Below are positions 60,325-64,000 of a stretch of DNA of 64,000 bases, piece by piece (the first letter of the stretch is position 1; each line of letters begins with the position of its first letter). The DNA lies in NCBI GenBank assembly GCA_963835575.1, contig CAWIGG010000002.1, positions 640,001 through 704,000 on the forward strand, in the 5' to 3' direction. The notes under the pieces were generated by a model that saw nothing but the letters and a program-made list of their open reading frames with translations, made no database searches and was not told the origin of the DNA. The stretch is from an uncultured Spirochaetota bacterium. Lineage in GTDB: Bacteria; Spirochaetota; Brevinematia; Brevinematales; JAOACQ01. The position numbers and the translations under genes are program-made.

Positions 60325-63300
60325 ATGAATAAAATATTATATTTATCTATAAACTATCTTTTACAGGCAGGGAAAAAAATGCATCTATTTTACCGCTTTA
60401 TACTGGTATTTCTTGCTTTGATTATCTGCAGTTCAGGCTTTTCCCTCTCTTATTATTATTATGAAGATTTTGAAGCAATGCCTACGGCCGCTAATGGGGC
60501 AAGTTATTCTAATAATGGTATTTATTCGACCAACGGATGGAGCTGGAACTATAGATTAGGAAGAGATGTTATAGCTTATGATGTCTGGCATAGCAGTACA
60601 GCAGTAACACCAACTCCTTGGTATGGAGGAGTGGAAATTACAAACAATGGAGGAAATAAACGTCTCTTTATATACGGAAGGCCGAATAATGAAGACCTCT
60701 TCTGGAACAACTGGTGCATCGGGGACGGGATCAAATTCGATCCGAAAAGTAACCAGCAATTAGGTAATAGTTCGATAATAGCCACGCCTGAAAATCCTTT
60801 CGGCTATACGATAGTCAGATATACAACCAGCATTGATGCTTCCTGCGAGTCTCAGGCGCAGGCGGATTATCATAAAGGATTCGTAGGTGCATGGCTCGGC
60901 GAAGATATGCCGGGAAAAACCAATCAGAATGATTCTTTGAATAATTTCATTATATTTGAAGATAAAAGCGGGGACAAAGTACAGAACAGTTACGGATATT
61001 ATTACAATGCGGATTACAGTGTAGATATTACAACATTAACTTCCGATTTTGATGGAAAATCGGTTGGTAATACAGCTCTATTGGGTACTGATTTTAGAAA
61101 AATAATGGATGATAATAACGCAGGATTTAATAATTCAATAAAATACAGCACGGCATATTCAAATCCAGTAACCCGCCCGTTGGGTATCAAAATGACTACA
61201 GACGGTTCAAAAGTGAGAATTTATGTCAATTTCAATCCGACCAATGAAACGGCTTACGGATTGTCCAACAGCTGGGTCCTGATAGTTGAAAAAGACGCGG
61301 CTATTGCACAGGACCTGATTGCGTACTTCGGGGATGAAACAACATATTATCTGCCTGAAGGCATAGAAGCCCAGTACGATAATTTCCTTATAAGGACTGT
61401 TACCAGTAATATTCAAGCTTCCATTTCTCCCCAGAAAGTTGTGACCAATGGTTTTGTCCGCTTTAATATGATCATAACTAATTTTATGGGTACAACCAAT
61501 GACAGCGGTATAGGGGAATTTGTGGTTAAAAAACCTGCCAGTTATACATCAAACTGGATTTTATCCAATGTGAGCATCTCCAATGAATATGGAATGCTGA
61601 CGGTCACAAATACAAATATGAATCCGCCTTCAGGCTACGCATCAGTATCAACAAACTCAAGCGGTGATCTCTATATACGGTTTAACATGTCATCAGGTTC
61701 ATCGCATCAAATACTCACAAACAGCGTAGGGGTAGTTAATCTTCAATTCAGCATCTGGACTTCTCCAAATGCAAACAGCTCTGGCGAGAATTTTGAGGTG
61801 TATGCCGACTGCGTCAAGCATGCCGATACCGGCCCGGATTGGGTTTTTAATCAATCTACCGGTATTAAATACGCTACGACAGGAAAAAAGAAGGCATATC
61901 CTGTTTCATCGGATTCCCTATCGGTGCAAGTCTATACATCACCGGCTGCTTATGCGATGCTGTCTTCGCCGAACAGCCTGGTTGTCGGTCAGGACCAATC
62001 CGCCCTCAGTTTTATTTTATCCACTGAAGGGATATCAGGGGCGCCTAACATATCCTATGCAAGGATTTATATACCGGCCGGATTTACTGTCAGTAATAAC
62101 AATCCGTCGACCAACATCAGTTCAATGGTACTGGGAAGCCAGAGTTTTCAAAATTGCTATCTGACTAATATCAATGGAAGCAATTTTATTTTTATCAATT
62201 ATATGGGCGTGGGAGGCTTCCCGGGAATAAACGGCTGGGACACGATATCTTTCAATAATTACGGAACGCCTGCAATGCCCGGCGGAATCAATTATACGAA
62301 TTTCCTCTGGCAGGTTTCTGTCGACAGTTCGGGAATTATCGGAGGTACAGTCTGGCAGAACACAATAACAAACAGTACTTACAGCCATCAGACATTAAGA
62401 ATGACTATGTCCAATGCTCAGGTTTCAGCTTATATTACGCCTCAGAAAGCCGCTATAAATACCACGGTTCAAAGCAATCAGCTTCGCTACAGCTATTTTA
62501 TTGAAAACACAGGTCAGATAAATAATAATGTTTATGGAATAAGGATTGATATACCCGGGGATTTTTTAACCAACAGTGTAACGAATATCGTGAGTACAAA
62601 CGGCGGTATAACGAAATTATCAAATAGCTCGATCTGGGTAAATTACGCTTCTCCGCTGACGAGCGGTCAGAAGGATACCATCCTGTTTTACGCGACCCAC
62701 ACAAATACGGATGTCAATGCATCCAGTAAATCAGTCCCATTTTATTGTTATGCCGATAACAATAACAGCATAGGATATACAATTCAAAGGGAAGCGGCAG
62801 GACAGACCTGGAGTGTAACAATTGTACCTCCTTTACCGGCGGCGGAAAACCAGCTTTTTATTCCTGTCACGAATATTATCGGGACCAATACCAATGTTAC
62901 AATGAATCCTGTTATTTATACTTCTGATGTGACTAATACATTTATACATAAGATATATAATACCGGTGCTATCGGTGTGAATATTAAACTGGCTGTAATA
63001 TCAGTGGCAACAAACTATATTTCATCAATTTTCAATGTTTCAAGCTCACTGGCTGGCAGCCATTATCAAATCAGCAATATTAACGGAAGCAATTATATTT
63101 ATTTAAAGTATTATGAAAATAACACGAATTTGTTATCAATGGATCAGGACCCGGCGGCGCTTGACACAGTCCAATTTACCGCTGTGGACAGTATAGCGGT
63201 CAATACATTCAGCATTATGCCCACAAATATTGGCATGCCGGTCACCGTTTATAAAACGACTAATGTTTCCATGGATCCGAATGATTACAGCACCTCTGCG

Positions 63301-64000
63301 ATCGGCATCAAATATTCTGGAACCAATAAAATTTATGTCGAATATCCTCATGTCGCATTGGCGTATTATATAGTTCCGAACAAACTGGATACGACAACAA
63401 TCACAAATTCAATTACCTATTTTATCACAAATCTGGGAATGCCGGGTAACAGTGTACATAATATAAAAATCAGTATTCCCACTAATATTTCCACCAATAT
63501 TCAGAATGTTAACGGGGGAGTATTTGACCCGGTTACAAATAACATAGTAATCAATTTTCCGACGCCTTTAGATGGAGGGCAGTCAAGAACAGTTACTTTC
63601 AATATGATTGATATTGTTGACGGAAAAGATATAAAAGATATTTATTTATATCCCTGGGTTTCGAATGACAGGGAGAGCGTACAGGTCTCAAATGTGGTTT
63701 TAGGCATGAGCGGAAAGCTGGATTTTTTGCTTCCTAAACCGAAAGGCGGCGGCGGCGTCAGCCCGAATGTGTTCTTTGTCGATCTGAATGAACCATTAAA
63801 CAGCGTTTTGACGCAGCAGTTCACAATAACGGTGACAAATGCGGGTGTGGGAACAGACCGCTTTAATAGCTTAAAAGTTGATATACCGGATGCATTGAAT
63901 GGATTAATAAATACGGTTTATTCCACAAAGTTAGGAGTTTCCAACCAGGGTAACCCGTTATTGATAAAATTAAATGCGACCAATTTTGAAATAATATATT
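60325..64000 (+). CDS. Second giant exported protein, paralog of the preceding gene, 3'-truncated by window edge
   Basis: Not in the ORF track (no stop in window); sampled lines translate openly in frame; ATPENPFGY, DSGIGEFVV, YATTGK match NASPNQPFGY, EAGVGEFYV, VATTGK. Confidence 0.85.
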   Translation, partial: MNKILYLSINYLLQAGKKMHLFYRFILVFLALIICSSGFSLSYYYYEDFEAMPTAANGASYSNNGIYSTNGWSWNYRLGRDVIAYDVWHSSTAVTPTPWYGGVEITNNGGNKRLFIYGRPNNEDLFWNNWCIGDGIKFDPKSNQQLGNSSIIATPENPFGYTIVRYTTSIDASCESQAQADYHKGFVGAWLGEDMPGKTNQNDSLNNFIIFEDKSGDKVQNSYGYYYNADYSVDITTLTSDFDGKSVGNTALLGTDFRKIMDDNNAGFNNSIKYSTAYSNPVTRPLGIKMTTDGSKVRIYVNFNPTNETAYGLSNSWVLIVEKDAAIAQDLIAYFGDETTYYLPEGIEAQYDNFLIRTVTSNIQASISPQKVVTNGFVRFNMIITNFMGTTNDSGIGEFVVKKPASYTSNWILSNVSISNEYGMLTVTNTNMNPPSGYASVSTNSSGDLYIRFNMSSGSSHQILTNSVGVVNLQFSIWTSPNANSSGENFEVYADCVKHADTGPDWVFNQSTGIKYATTGKKKAYPVSSDSLSVQVYTSPAAYAMLSSPNSLVVGQDQSALSFILSTEGISGAPNISYARIYIPAGFTVSNNNPSTNISSMVLGSQSFQNCYLTNINGSNFIFINYMGVGGFPGINGWDTISFNNYGTPAMPGGINYTNFLWQVSVDSSGIIGGTVWQNTITNSTYSHQTLRMTMSNAQVSAYITPQKAAINTTVQSNQLRYSYFIENTGQINNNVYGIRIDIPGDFLTNSVTNIVSTNGGITKLSNSSIWVNYASPLTSGQKDTILFYATHTNTDVNASSKSVPFYCYADNNNSIGYTIQREAAGQTWSVTIVPPLPAAENQLFIPVTNIIGTNTNVTMNPVIYTSDVTNTFIHKIYNTGAIGVNIKLAVISVATNYISSIFNVSSSLAGSHYQISNINGSNYIYLKYYENNTNLLSMDQDPAALDTVQFTAVDSIAVNTFSIMPTNIGMPVTVYKTTNVSMDPNDYSTSAIGIKYSGTNKIYVEYPHVALAYYIVPNKLDTTTITNSITYFITNLGMPGNSVHNIKISIPTNISTNIQNVNGGVFDPVTNNIVINFPTPLDGGQSRTVTFNMIDIVDGKDIKDIYLYPWVSNDRESVQVSNVVLGMSGKLDFLLPKPKGGGGVSPNVFFVDLNEPLNSVLTQQFTITVTNAGVGTDRFNSLKVDIPDALNGLINTVYSTKLGVSNQGNPLLIKLNATNFEIIY

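Overview
Chromosomal segment of an AT-leaning anaerobic bacterium; gene style suggests a spirochaete, possibly Brevinematales-like (inference only). It is mostly housekeeping: archaeal-type glutamate synthase subunits, aroQ-pepP-efp-accB*-accC-asp23-rlmI, icd, groES, leuB, hisI/G, gpmI, pcrA, hisB/H/A and ispG. It also holds signalling genes (HD-GYP, PilZ, 7TM-PAS, LacI-fold/LuxR), glycan genes (GT2, GT-C, two flippases) and two tandem paralogous giant Asn/Thr-rich exported proteins, the second running off the window. Most notable: (1) a complete IS110 element (28850-30498) whose bridge RNA guides, CT core and circle-junction promoter can be read directly, but whose recombinase has Asn at one DEDD position and Thr at the catalytic Ser position; (2) a dispersed family of 8-10-nt-periodic inverted-repeat arms that nest into an island, one of which is the IS110 target, with an uninterrupted homolog of the target at 25600; (3) an accB-position BCCP-fold protein lacking the biotinyl-lysine; (4) an HNH gene bracketed by 17-bp inverted repeats; (5) a frameshifted CBM-GH13 lipoprotein; (6) a protein with three FliG-C-like repeats. 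No rRNA, tRNA or CRISPR array was seen.
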